A DNA stretch of 62,141 nucleotides from Candidatus Aenigmatarchaeota archaeon (GCA_011773475.1 WVXN01000047.1:1979-64119), one strand, 5' to 3'. Numbered from the stretch's first letter, positions 35,458-44,843 are shown. Numbers and translations are program-made. Notes: generated by a model from the sequence alone, not told the origin.

Positions 35458-36420
35458 ATGAAGCAATTTTATAAACGAATAGGTTATGAAGGAGAACTAT
35501 CTGATATATCTCGATTGATATGTAAAGATTTTAATCTCGGAGAGTTTGTGTCAGATAGATTAGTTGAAGTTGGTTATGAAGACTTCAATTTCATCATAGA
35601 AACAACAAAAGGTAAATACTTCATCAAGATTTTCTCTAATTTCAGAAAAGATAATGACTGTCGCAGATATGTTGATATCATGTTAAAGGTTATTGAAAAG
35701 AACATATCATTCCCAGAATTATTCAAATCTGAACAGGGCTATCTTCATATAACAGATATCAACAAGATGAAAATAAGATTCGTTGTCATGCAATTCATTG
35801 ATGGTGAAAATTATTTCGAGTTAGGAGAGAAACCCACTTCTAATGAGATAAAGGAATTAGCCCGCCAAGCTGCTCTCATCAATTCAATAGACATTAAACC
35901 TCCATTTGTATATGATTCCTGGGCAATTGCAAATGTTCTGAAAGAATACGAGCAGAAGGGAGAATACCTATTACCTGAAGACGCAAAGATAGTGGAACCT
36001 TTGATAGAGGCATTCAAGAATATGAAAGTGGATGAACTTCCTCATTGTTTTGTTCATGGTGATTTTATTACAACTAATATAATGAAGGATAAGAATAACA
36101 AGCTCTGGATTATTGATTTCGCTGTTTCAAATTATTATCCTCGCATTCAAGAACTTGCTGTGATGGCCTGTAACATATTATTTGATGAGAAAAATAAAGA
36201 AAATAGCGAAAGAGACCTTAAAATAGCTTTAGATGAATACCAAAAGACTATTAAACTAACACCAAGAGAACTGGAAGTTCTATCAACTTACATAAAATTG
36301 GCACACGTGATGCATGTTCTAAGAGCAAACTTTGAAAAGGCTGTAGGAAAGGATAATAGTGAAGAGAACGAATATTGGCTTAATCAGGGCAGAATGGGAT
36401 TGAAACAAATGTTAGATTAA
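35458..36420 (+). CDS. Aminoglycoside/choline-kinase-type phosphotransferase (APH family)
   Basis: Catalytic loop HGDFITTNIM and metal-binding WIIDF. N-lobe FIIETTKGKYFIKIF with Lys. Confidence 0.78.
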   Translation: MKQFYKRIGYEGELSDISRLICKDFNLGEFVSDRLVEVGYEDFNFIIETTKGKYFIKIFSNFRKDNDCRRYVDIMLKVIEKNISFPELFKSEQGYLHITDINKMKIRFVVMQFIDGENYFELGEKPTSNEIKELARQAALINSIDIKPPFVYDSWAIANVLKEYEQKGEYLLPEDAKIVEPLIEAFKNMKVDELPHCFVHGDFITTNIMKDKNNKLWIIDFAVSNYYPRIQELAVMACNILFDEKNKENSERDLKIALDEYQKTIKLTPRELEVLSTYIKLAHVMHVLRANFEKAVGKDNSEENEYWLNQGRMGLKQMLD

Positions 36421-36484
36421 TTTAAGCTTGAAAGAAAAGGGTTTAAATTATAGTTTTAAAAGCTTAACTTTCTATAATTTTTCT

Positions 36485-36703
36485 ATGGTAGAAATAATAG
36501 GTTTGATATTTAGTATATTATGCTTTATCCTAGCTTTATTTGCATTTAAAAAACCAGAAAATATCCTTAATTCAAGATCGTGGCGAAACAGACTATGGAT
36601 AAAGATTTTCGGTGAAAGAGGGACTATTATATTTGTTAGATATATAGCTGCTCCTATTTGTATATTATTTGGAATATTTTTACTTTTATGGGCATTTTCT
36701 TGA
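36485..36703 (+). CDS. Small two-TM membrane protein (72 aa)
   Basis: ATG 36485 lies downstream of P1-like aaaagggtttaaatta (36435-36450). The track start 36428 lies inside the promoter. Confidence 0.4.
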   Translation: MVEIIGLIFSILCFILALFAFKKPENILNSRSWRNRLWIKIFGERGTIIFVRYIAAPICILFGIFLLLWAFS

Positions 36704-36763
36704 TAACCCTTAAATCCTGACTTTATGGAAGAACTTAAATATCTTAGTGTTCTTTCTTAAATT

Positions 36764-37405
36764 ATGCAATTAATACCACTTAAAAGATCTCAAAAAAGAC
36801 AATTACAAAAAATTTATGCAAATATGAAAGATGGTTCAGAGTTATGCGACCTCAATTGTCATAAATGTTGTATAGAGGGCGTGAAACTAACTTACATAGA
36901 ATTTGCTTTCTTAGTTGATAATTTAACTGAAAAAGAAATAGTAGATATCTTTAATAAACCAAGAAAACTTAGGGACGATGAAAAATATTTTCTTTGCCCA
37001 ATTTTAAATGATTCAGGACGATGCTCGAGATATGATAATAGGTCTTGGGTATGTAGAGCGTATAGAAAAGACCTAGATTTAGGTTCGTGTGTACAAAAGC
37101 CTTTAGAAGAAGTCAATAAAAAAGCAGCCAAAAAAATACTCCAACTTAATAATACGCTTGACATTCCATCTGTCTTTAAAGACTATTCTCGACCTGAAGA
37201 GTTAACAATAAGAGACTTTTTTGAGATTTTAGTGGAAGAAAATGAAGGAAGTGGGTATTTAATACCTTCTTTAACTATTTTTCCAAAAATTTCACTTATA
37301 TCTCCTTTCAATACAGATTCTGTTTCTTCATCAACCTTTGGTAATTTGCTTTTATCCTTAATATTGGCCAAAGAACTTTCACTTGTTTCAAATGCAGCCT
37401 TATAA
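36764..37405 (+). CDS. YkgJ/UPF0153-type Zn/Fe-chelating CxxCxxCC-domain protein
   Basis: CDLNCHKCC and CPILNDSGRCSRYDNRSWVCRAY. The last ~60 codons look like antisense read-through of 37183-37605, so the true C-terminus is uncertain. Confidence 0.55.
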   Translation: MQLIPLKRSQKRQLQKIYANMKDGSELCDLNCHKCCIEGVKLTYIEFAFLVDNLTEKEIVDIFNKPRKLRDDEKYFLCPILNDSGRCSRYDNRSWVCRAYRKDLDLGSCVQKPLEEVNKKAAKKILQLNNTLDIPSVFKDYSRPEELTIRDFFEILVEENEGSGYLIPSLTIFPKISLISPFNTDSVSSSTFGNLLLSLILAKELSLVSNAAL

Positions 37406-37605
37406 TCTACTCTTTGTATTTTACCTCCTCCAGCTATATAAACAACTTCAACAACAAGATTTGAATTCCCCTTTCTAAGTAAAAGCCTTTCATTTATTTC
37501 ATTACCTTTTCCAGGCCAACTACTTTCACTTAATAAATAACAACTTCTCTCTGCAAAACCTCTAGATACTGAATCTCTCACTTCTTTCCATGACTTTAAA
37601 ACCAT
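37183..37605 (-). CDS. Hypothetical protein (140 aa), last gene of a minus-strand trio
   Basis: ATG preceded by TATA tataaattt and palindrome CTATCA-n7-TGATAG (37613-37631). Its tail overlaps 36764-37405 by ~220 nt. Confidence 0.45.
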   Translation of the reverse strand: MVLKSWKEVRDSVSRGFAERSCYLLSESSWPGKGNEINERLLLRKGNSNLVVEVVYIAGGGKIQRVDYKAAFETSESSLANIKDKSKLPKVDEETESVLKGDISEIFGKIVKEGIKYPLPSFSSTKISKKSLIVNSSGRE

Positions 37606-37639
37606 TTAATCACTATCAAATTAATTGATAGAAACAAAT

Positions 37640-38446
37640 TTATACTTTAATCTCAGGATAAATGTCTTCCCATTTTAACAAGTATTTTCTTGAATGTTCA
37701 TTACCATGCAAGAAGTTCCAACAATCTCTGCATCCAACTAGAAAATCCCGAGCACGCCAATAGTATATCCTATCTGTGATATCACCCAAATGATAATAAT
37801 TTAATATATAATCTCCTTCTTCAATCAACTTAGACTCAACTTCTTTACCTTCATGCTCTTCATGCCACAACAACATGTGATATTCATGTATTATGCTTCT
37901 GAGCTTAGCAGCTAGTGTTTGTTTATAGAACTCATGCTCACATGCATTTAAATAATCTGAGAAAAGTTCTAGTGAATTTTGCAATCTTTGTTCAGTTTTC
38001 CTATCATCTATTTTAACAGTTCCTATTTTTGGATTTGCCTTCCATTCTTTCTGAAATTCACGTTCCTTCTTTTTTTGATTCGAATCTTTAGCTAATGGTC
38101 TTTCACCACTAGCCATACGCACTAACATATCTATAAGATCATACTGTATTTGCACTTTACCTTGTGGTAGATATTCTCTGAATCCAACTTCTTTAAAAAA
38201 TGAAACTTCTTTATCTAGGTAAAAAGCTCTTTTAATTGCTAATCTCAGATTTTCATCTTCTAGTTTACTTAACAAGAGTTCAATATTACCATCAATGACT
38301 TCTAGTTTTTCGAGTGTCTGTTTTTTAGTTTTGTCATAATCTTCTAACTGTTTAGATGTCATCCAATCAGCAACAGGTATTGATGCTAATTCTCTAGCAA
38401 AGTTATGATTCTTCCTAATTCTTCCAATGCTGCGTAGTTCTATCAT
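37640..38446 (-). CDS. Hypothetical His/Cys-rich protein (268 aa)
   Basis: HEYHMLLWHEEHEG and CRDCWNFLHGNEH clusters. No family recognised. Confidence 0.5.
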   Translation of the reverse strand: MIELRSIGRIRKNHNFARELASIPVADWMTSKQLEDYDKTKKQTLEKLEVIDGNIELLLSKLEDENLRLAIKRAFYLDKEVSFFKEVGFREYLPQGKVQIQYDLIDMLVRMASGERPLAKDSNQKKKEREFQKEWKANPKIGTVKIDDRKTEQRLQNSLELFSDYLNACEHEFYKQTLAAKLRSIIHEYHMLLWHEEHEGKEVESKLIEEGDYILNYYHLGDITDRIYYWRARDFLVGCRDCWNFLHGNEHSRKYLLKWEDIYPEIKV

Positions 38447-38511
38447 AAAAAGATTTTAGAATTAAAGCTTAAGCGTGTTTTGGTTAGAGGGAAATTTAAA
38501 TTCTGATATTT

Positions 38512-39570
38512 CTATTTAAGTATTCCTATTATCTTTTCTTTTGTTTTAGTGAAAAATTCTTTATCTATTGGTTCAGGTATCTTTCCCTTTCTCCCGTCTT
38601 CAAAATGTTTCAAAATCTCTAGTTCATCTTCATTGGGAAGAGGTGTGCCATGGAATGGATCAAAACCTTTTCTGAATGCATTTAAGTTTATACATGATGC
38701 TGTCTGATGAATGTGGTAATTATGTATTGTTTCAATTTTCTTTCCCCTTTCTAAAAAATATAATAATCCATCAGAGAGAGCAAGTTCTTTTTTTATAAGT
38801 TCTAATTCAAAATCCTTTACCCTCTCACCAGGATTCTTATGACTCTTGTCAAGATCTACCAAACCTATTGCTACACCACCATCAGAAGGATACAAAACAA
38901 CGTTGTGATCTCCAACATTTGTTTGAGGATATGCTAAATCAAAGAAAATACTTCCCCAACACAGATTAGATCTTTCTAATGAACCATACCAAAACCCTAT
39001 CCAGTTGCCTATTTTGCTTGTGAATCTTTCTTTGATACTTGATATCTTATCTTTATTCCTAAGATTCTTTCTAAAGGCTTCTTCAATTATTTCTAACATT
39101 TTTATATGAATTATCTCTAGTCTATTATCACCTCTGACTATTTGCACTGGACAACAAACAGGTTCACCTTCAAACGAAATTCCATATCTAAAATAGGAAA
39201 CTGGCTCTAAGGCAGATTCAACTCCGTTTTTTTTACCAAAATCACTCATAACTTGGCTTGCATTTAATTCACTTAAACAAGAAGATTCCTTCATGCAGCC
39301 AAAAGGCACGCCTTCTTCTTCATATGCTCTGTTAGTTGGTATTATTCCTTTGAGTTTGTAGACCTCACCACCTGTTTCTATTAATGCAGTTCTTTCTCCA
39401 GAAGGAACACCAACAATACTAGTTACTACATCGCTTTTCTTGAGCGGTGTTCTAAACAAAGGAGGAATTTCATTATTATTGTAACTAACAGTGTCTCCAG
39501 AAGTTCCCTCCAAATATGTTTTTCCTGTTCCTCCTTCGAAAATGAATATGTCTTCAATTGTCCTTACCAT
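38512..39570 (-). CDS. Hypothetical protein, possibly protein-kinase-like fold (352 aa)
   Basis: EVYKLKG (beta3-Lys-like), GDHNVVLY (catalytic-loop-like), GLVDLDKS (DFG-like). Very tentative. Promoter carries the P3 core (39583-39600). Confidence 0.5.
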   Translation of the reverse strand: MVRTIEDIFIFEGGTGKTYLEGTSGDTVSYNNNEIPPLFRTPLKKSDVVTSIVGVPSGERTALIETGGEVYKLKGIIPTNRAYEEEGVPFGCMKESSCLSELNASQVMSDFGKKNGVESALEPVSYFRYGISFEGEPVCCPVQIVRGDNRLEIIHIKMLEIIEEAFRKNLRNKDKISSIKERFTSKIGNWIGFWYGSLERSNLCWGSIFFDLAYPQTNVGDHNVVLYPSDGGVAIGLVDLDKSHKNPGERVKDFELELIKKELALSDGLLYFLERGKKIETIHNYHIHQTASCINLNAFRKGFDPFHGTPLPNEDELEILKHFEDGRKGKIPEPIDKEFFTKTKEKIIGILK

Positions 39571-39658
39571 AGTTTAATAATTAAAAGTAATCTTTAAGTG
39601 TTTTGTTGGTTTTGGTAAAAATTGAAGGACTTAAATTTTTAATCTTCTTATCTTAAAT

Positions 39659-39943
39659 ATGAGAAATAGAAGAAGGAGAAGACATGATGGCTGTAGATAC
39701 TCTTCTATTTGTAACAGGACTCTTGAAGAATTAGAAAATGATGATAGTTTCAATAATGATGAGCTTCTAGGCAGATGGAGAAATTTATTGACATATGAAA
39801 AAAGTTTTGGTGCGTGCAGCGAAAGAAATCCTACTTGTTTTATATATCGTGAAATTAGATTAATAGAGACCTGCGAAAGACCAAGAAACAATAGAGAATA
39901 TATTAATCTTCTTAAACAAGAGCTTAAGAAACCCTTGATTTAA
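39659..39943 (+). CDS. Hypothetical Arg/Cys-rich small protein (94 aa)
   Basis: ATG 28 nt after ttaaatt (39631-39637), divergent from 39570. The antisense ORF 39631-39891 is judged spurious. Confidence 0.4.
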   Translation: MRNRRRRRHDGCRYSSICNRTLEELENDDSFNNDELLGRWRNLLTYEKSFGACSERNPTCFIYREIRLIETCERPRNNREYINLLKQELKKPLI

Positions 39944-39977
39944 AGGTTTAAATTATTTATTATTCTTCTTCAATTAA

Positions 39978-40298
39978 GTGAAAAAAATGAAAAATAAAAA
40001 AGGACACGTACTTGTCAGTGTTTCCCAACGTACTGCTGGGAGTTTTTTTTTAGGTCATTTTAAGGATGGAGATGAAAACGAATATGTCCAAAGAGTAAGT
40101 TTAGATACTTGGATTTTTTTTGAGCATGAAAGAAGAAGTGGAAAACATCTTTCAAAGGAAGATATCAGATTTTTATATCATGAGACATTTGGTAGAAAAC
40201 CTGATAAAACTGATTTAGCAACTCGTCTTGAAGATTTAGTAAAAAAAGGCGAACTTAAATACGATGGAAAAGGTGGAACTTATTTTAAAAAAGATTAA
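39978..40298 (+). CDS. Hypothetical protein (106 aa)
   Basis: GTG 39978 or ATG 39987, ~27-35 nt after P1-like aaaggtttaaatta (39942-39955). Confidence 0.42.
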   Translation: MKKMKNKKGHVLVSVSQRTAGSFFLGHFKDGDENEYVQRVSLDTWIFFEHERRSGKHLSKEDIRFLYHETFGRKPDKTDLATRLEDLVKKGELKYDGKGGTYFKKD

Positions 40299-40353
40299 TG
40301 TTTGTAGTGTTTTATATTCTCTTGACTATTTATCTATTTTTACTTTGCTCAGT

Positions 40354-41334
40354 TCATACAACATATGTTATAGCAGAAAGACTAGGTTTTGATAAACTGC
40401 CAGATTTCATTTGATTTAATTGGTCTTTTAAAAGTTTTGCTGTATCATTTTTTTCAGAGGCTTTAAACAATCTTATGGCATTCTCTATTTTTCTTGTAGC
40501 ACCATCTTTGTCTTTGTCATGCCAAAGACTTTTCATAGCCAAGCTTAGATTTTCATATGCCCTGAAACGTCTAGTTGTTTTTTCTGGTTTATAGGACCTG
40601 AAACTACCTAACTTTTCAATGGAACCTCTTAATGCTTTCAAACCTATTTCTAAGTATTGTTTAGCTTCTTGCGGATTTATTTGATAACTGGAATCCCATC
40701 GATTCATCCAATTTAAATAGCGTCCAAATAGAATCTCTGCTTCTTCACCTAGAAATATGTCTTCAATCTGACCACTTACATTCATATTAATTTTTCCTAT
40801 TGTTTTAGCTTTCCTTCTTGCTTCTTCGCATGTTTTGAAAGCTTTTTCTAGTTGATCAGGATGATTTTCTCCTTCCCATTCTAGAATTTTTGCTTGAATT
40901 AAATGATTAGAAAGTATAGATGCTACTTGATAGTGCATTTTACTATCAAAACAACTTGAGCTAGAAGATATTTCTTTAGCTTTCTCAAAAAATCTTTTAA
41001 CTTCCATTAATGGTTTTTTATGTAAAGATTTCAATCCTTCTGAAATTGTATCGGATGCTTTTTTACATTCATTGCAAACAGGAGGTCGAGATACTCGTAC
41101 TCTTTGTACTACAATTACAGATGGTTTTTTTGGTTCTGGAGTTTTAAGTGAAGATTCATATCTGTTTGTATCTATACGATTTATTTCTTCTATACTAGAA
41201 AGATAGTTTTCCTTAGAATATTCCGTTTTTATATTAATTCTAAATTTTTTACTATCTCCATGGTTGTTTAATTTATCTCCAAAAAGTGGACCCTTCTTTT
41301 TCTTTTTCTTTTCCCATAAGTCACCATGATACAT
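40354..41334 (-). CDS. Hypothetical helical-repeat protein (326 aa)
   Basis: Long open frame. TATA ttatttaaagg ~24 nt upstream on the minus strand. Confidence 0.5.
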   Translation of the reverse strand: MYHGDLWEKKKKKKGPLFGDKLNNHGDSKKFRINIKTEYSKENYLSSIEEINRIDTNRYESSLKTPEPKKPSVIVVQRVRVSRPPVCNECKKASDTISEGLKSLHKKPLMEVKRFFEKAKEISSSSSCFDSKMHYQVASILSNHLIQAKILEWEGENHPDQLEKAFKTCEEARRKAKTIGKINMNVSGQIEDIFLGEEAEILFGRYLNWMNRWDSSYQINPQEAKQYLEIGLKALRGSIEKLGSFRSYKPEKTTRRFRAYENLSLAMKSLWHDKDKDGATRKIENAIRLFKASEKNDTAKLLKDQLNQMKSGSLSKPSLSAITYVV

Positions 41335-41389
41335 ATTTTAATATTTCTGAGAAACCTTTAAATAATCCATTTCAATAATCCTTTAATTA

Positions 41390-41428
41390 TGATTTTTGTA
41401 TATTGAAAAATACTTAAAGATTAGTTTT
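41390..41428 (+). promoter_or_regulatory. Promoter module P3, copy 1
   Basis: tgatttttgtatattgaaaaatacttaaagattagtttt is 38/39 identical to 44070-44108. TATA-like acttaaag lies ~25 nt before ATG 41441. Confidence 0.7.
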
Positions 41429-41440
41429 CTTTTTATTAAT

Positions 41441-42166
41441 ATGACTGAACAACGAGCACAAAGAATGCTTAATAGAATCGACTACAATAATATGGCAAAG
41501 GTAGCCATTGATATGGCAAAATATGTAGATAAAATTAGACCAGATGTCATAATACTTCCTTTAAGAAGCGGTCATCTTCCTGGAAAGCTCGTAATGGAAG
41601 CATTAAGAAGTAATTTAGATGTTTCTGTTTCTGAATATGATCCTCCTCTAGTTTATATGTGTTTAAACCATCATTCTTATTGCCATCCAGAAGAAGATTT
41701 GAAAAAATTAAAGGAAAGACGCCCAAATTGGAAAAAAATAATGATAATAGACAGTACAAATCGAGGGGCTTCTCCAAGTACTTATTTAGAATGTCTATTA
41801 AAAGAATCCAAAGGACTTGATGAAATTCATGTAAACTTTATGGGGGCTAATAGAAGAGAAGACCAAAAAAATAATTTAGATGAATTTTTAGAACATTTTA
41901 AGTTTAATATTAGTAGACTTAAAGAAAAATGCATTCTATTTGATGATGAAAGTGATATAATAGGAATGGAAAGAGATATAACTAGGAGGGGAAATTTTCA
42001 TATGTTTAATTATCATCCTTTTGGTTTTACTGCACCTCATGAAAATTTAAGGGAGAAACAAAAAGCATCAGAAGAATTTTTTTCACGTGCTAAAAAAGCT
42101 ATTGACAGAAAAGGTAGGATGAGAAGAAAAATAAAGGGATTTTTAAATAAAATATTAAAAACTTGA
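41441..42166 (+). CDS. Hypothetical protein, phosphoribosyltransferase-like (tentative)
   Basis: VIILPLRSGHLPG and IMIIDSTNRGAS resemble PRTase loop motifs. The track start 41396 lies in the promoter module. Confidence 0.45.
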   Translation: MTEQRAQRMLNRIDYNNMAKVAIDMAKYVDKIRPDVIILPLRSGHLPGKLVMEALRSNLDVSVSEYDPPLVYMCLNHHSYCHPEEDLKKLKERRPNWKKIMIIDSTNRGASPSTYLECLLKESKGLDEIHVNFMGANRREDQKNNLDEFLEHFKFNISRLKEKCILFDDESDIIGMERDITRRGNFHMFNYHPFGFTAPHENLREKQKASEEFFSRAKKAIDRKGRMRRKIKGFLNKILKT

Positions 42167-42198
42167 TCCTTAAATCCTGATTATTCCATATTCTTACT

Positions 42199-42777
42199 GT
42201 GAGAAAGAAAAAGTTAGCTAGTAAAATTGCAGTAAAATGGTCTAAGAAAAAGAACCCTCCTTTAATGGAGCCTTGCGAAACAGACTTGCTCATCAAATAT
42301 GTGAAGAAATGCAAGATTCATTTTGTTGAAATAGGAACCTACAAAGGTGGAGCTGCATCATTGATAAGCAAATTCTTGACTAAAAGAGTGAAGCTAACAA
42401 CCATTGACATATTTGAAAAAGCACCAAAAGGTTCTTTACATCCAAAGAAGCCACCAACATACAGACAAGCAAAGAAAACCATAGAAAAGCAAGGCAAGAT
42501 ATCCAAGGTTAATATCATTAAAGGAAACAGTTGGAAGGTCGCTAAAAAGTGGAAAAGAAAAATAGATGTTTTATTCATTGATGGAGACCATAGATATAAA
42601 GCAGTTAAGAAAGATTTCATTGAATGGGAACCTTTTGTGATAAAAAGAGGTTTTATACTCATGCATGATACAAATTTCAAAGGCGTTAAAAAAGCTTTGA
42701 AAGAAGTTCTAAAAAGTTCACGGTTCTTGCTCAAGGAGAGGGTAGTCTCGCTCGTTGTGATCAAGAAGTTGAGATAG
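42199..42777 (+). CDS. Class I SAM-dependent methyltransferase (Methyltransf_24/CmcI-like)
   Basis: VEIGTYKGGAASLI, DVLFIDGDHRY. GTG start ~25 nt after the P2 module (42167-42185). Confidence 0.65.
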   Translation: MRKKKLASKIAVKWSKKKNPPLMEPCETDLLIKYVKKCKIHFVEIGTYKGGAASLISKFLTKRVKLTTIDIFEKAPKGSLHPKKPPTYRQAKKTIEKQGKISKVNIIKGNSWKVAKKWKRKIDVLFIDGDHRYKAVKKDFIEWEPFVIKRGFILMHDTNFKGVKKALKEVLKSSRFLLKERVVSLVVIKKLR

Positions 42778-42832
42778 TTTGCTGGTTTTGGGAAAGAGGT
42801 TGAGAAATAAAATTAAAAAGGAAAGAAGAATA

Positions 42833-42964
42833 TTATTCTTCTTCTGTTTTTTCTTCAGTTTTAGCTTCTTCTTTAACTTCTGTTGCTTCCTCTTTAGCAG
42901 TCTCTTCCTTAGTTTCTGGTTTGACTTCTCCAACTGCTTCTTCTTTTTTTGTTTCTTCTTCCAT
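42833..42964 (-). CDS. Possible tiny acidic Glu/Lys/Thr-rich protein (43 aa)
   Basis: MEEETKKEEAVGEVKPETKEE... preceded by SD aaggagag and a TATA-like ctatttaaatt. Lies in a purine-rich low-complexity tract where several frames are open. Confidence 0.25.
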   Translation of the reverse strand: MEEETKKEEAVGEVKPETKEETAKEEATEVKEEAKTEEKTEEE

Positions 42965-43104
42965 AACAATCTCTCCTTAACTTTTGAATAAAAGCTTTTA
43001 TTTAATATAATTTAAATAGTTAACTGATTTTTAGATATTACAACGTAATAAAGTCCGACAAAATTATATTTTCTTTAACCATTAAATCCTGATTTTTGTA
43101 TATA

Positions 43105-43446
43105 TTATGTAATTTTTGATTTCAGTTCTTCTATTCCAGAATAAAATTGTGATTTCATTTCTTCTACTTTAGAATCAAAGATTTTCTTATCTCCTTCAAG
43201 AATGACAATTAATTTTTCTCTATTAACTCTTTGAGATTCTGCAATATTTTTAAGACGTATAACATGTTGATTTTGAATTGTACCAATGAATTCATAACGT
43301 TTTTTTGCTTTCTCTTCCTCTTCTTTGTTACAAGGAAGCGGATAAAACGGAGTTCCGGGTGGTTTATGTTCATCACCACAAGTTATAGATTTCTGAGTAA
43401 CGTATTCTCCTGTTTCCTTATCTTTCCATATATCTATTTCTACCAT
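43105..43446 (-). CDS. Hypothetical protein (113 aa)
   Basis: Open frame. The minus-strand promoter contains ttaggatttaaatt (inverted P2-like). Confidence 0.48.
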   Translation of the reverse strand: MVEIDIWKDKETGEYVTQKSITCGDEHKPPGTPFYPLPCNKEEEEKAKKRYEFIGTIQNQHVIRLKNIAESQRVNREKLIVILEGDKKIFDSKVEEMKSQFYSGIEELKSKIT

Positions 43447-43586
43447 AATAATTAAATTAATGTAAAACTTTAAATTCTTTTTAATTTAAATCCTAATTTT
43501 TATAAAGAAAGACAACCTAGATTTTCTCTTTTATATTCAAAATTCTTGATAGAAAACTTTTTATTTCTAAGCATCAAAGCATAGTA

Positions 43587-44072
43587 ATGGATTTCATAAG
43601 TGCTTACAAGACGACTAAAAGTAAAATACCGGAAACAGTTAAAAATGGTCCTTTGAATGAGCATATTTTTAAACTTCCTGATTTGGCAGTATCAGTAATA
43701 GTAAAGGGGCCTAAGATTATATATGAAAATAAGGAAATAGTGGTCCCACTAACATTAAGTTTAGTTTCTTATACAGTAGCAAGCCAACTCGGGATTCCAT
43801 TTCTAAATTATGATAAAACCATTCATTTTTCCGTTGGTTATTCAACTTCAAGATTTGGAAGAAAACTTACAAGAAAATTTAATAAAGAAAAATATGAAAG
43901 TTTAGCTTCTGTTTTAATGAATCTAGGATTAGGTGTGATGCGGGAAGCATGCCAGTCTAGATTTGATATCTTTGATTTATTAGGTGATTTGAGTGGTTGT
44001 GCAACTGAAAACCTAAGAGAGTACATAGGAGGGGCTAAAAAGAATATTTTTAAACAGTTTGGAAAATCCTGA
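43587..44072 (+). CDS. Hypothetical protein (161 aa)
   Basis: Open frame. The stop (aaatccTGA) is the first part of P3 copy 2. Confidence 0.45.
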   Translation: MDFISAYKTTKSKIPETVKNGPLNEHIFKLPDLAVSVIVKGPKIIYENKEIVVPLTLSLVSYTVASQLGIPFLNYDKTIHFSVGYSTSRFGRKLTRKFNKEKYESLASVLMNLGLGVMREACQSRFDIFDLLGDLSGCATENLREYIGGAKKNIFKQFGKS

Positions 44073-44108
44073 TTTTTGTATATTGAAAAACACTTAAAGA
44101 TTAGTTTT
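44070..44108 (+). promoter_or_regulatory. Promoter module P3, copy 2
   Basis: 38/39 identical to 41390-41428. Begins with the TGA stop of 43587-44072. ATG 44121 at the same spacing as in copy 1. Confidence 0.7.
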
Positions 44109-44120
44109 ACATTTTAGATT

Positions 44121-44738
44121 ATGATTAAAACGAGAAGCATTGAAGAATTAAAGAAGATGACAGAAAAAGAGTTATTGAAAATTTCTAATATTTCGAAACG
44201 TGAGGTATCATTTCTGCAATGGGTCTTAAATACTAATTATGTTCCTGCTATTACAAACCATGATAAAAGCATAGAAGAAATGGAAAATGATACTGGACTC
44301 GATAAAAAGGCTATAAAAATTTGTAGATCTGCTCTAATGAAAGCTGGAGCAGAGGAAAAACTTAAATCTGGAAAAAGAATAGTTCTCCAAGAAATCAAAA
44401 AAGTAGTGTATACACTAACAAATGATCCATCATTATATAAAAAAAATGGTAGAATGAGAAGGGAAGCAAAAAGACAAAAAATTTGGGAAATTAGCTTTAT
44501 AAAAATTGGTAAAAATATAATTAGATACTTGCAAGAAGCAAAAGATGATTGGAAACCAAAAACCTATCTTGCAAACAAAGTTAAAACTAAGTCTAGACGA
44601 AATAAAGAATACTTAAGTGTACTTGTAGAAGCTGATCTTATGGAAGAAAAAGAAAACCTCTTTAATGGAAATAAAAGATGGCAATACAGAACTTCTGAAA
44701 AAGGTGCAGAACTTCTTAAATCAGTTGGAAAACTATAA
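44121..44738 (+). CDS. Hypothetical protein with probable winged-helix domain(s) (205 aa)
   Basis: Basic helical protein. The C-terminal YLSVLVEADLMEE...WQYRTSEKGAELL looks wHTH-like. Confidence 0.48.
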   Translation: MIKTRSIEELKKMTEKELLKISNISKREVSFLQWVLNTNYVPAITNHDKSIEEMENDTGLDKKAIKICRSALMKAGAEEKLKSGKRIVLQEIKKVVYTLTNDPSLYKKNGRMRREAKRQKIWEISFIKIGKNIIRYLQEAKDDWKPKTYLANKVKTKSRRNKEYLSVLVEADLMEEKENLFNGNKRWQYRTSEKGAELLKSVGKL

Positions 44739-44805
44739 ATAAAAATTTAAGTTTTTGTGGGTATGGATAGAGATATTTAAGTTTTAAACATTTTTGTGTT
44801 TATAA

Positions 44806-44835
44806 GAAATGGGTTTAAATTTTTTAGTGTTCTAT
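44806..44835 (+). promoter_or_regulatory. Promoter module P1 copy
   Basis: gaaatgggtttaaattttttagtgttctat is 30/30 identical to 34916-34945. ATG 44844 follows. Confidence 0.7.
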
Positions 44836-44843
44836 AGAAGGAT

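Noticed and set aside
39631-39891. 86-aa minus-strand ORF antisense to 39659-39943
   Set aside because: Only the plus-strand ORF has an ATG at the canonical ~28 nt from a TATA box. The minus ORF would start inside the divergent promoter region. The choice remains uncertain.
42718-42991. Lys-rich (minus) and Phe/Cys-rich (plus) ORFs in the purine/pyrimidine-rich tract, first considered as a tandem DNA repeat
   Set aside because: This is low-complexity (GAA/AAG)n-like sequence open in several frames, with no exact tandem unit. Only the acidic 43-aa frame has an SD plus ATG, and it is kept as a low-confidence feature.
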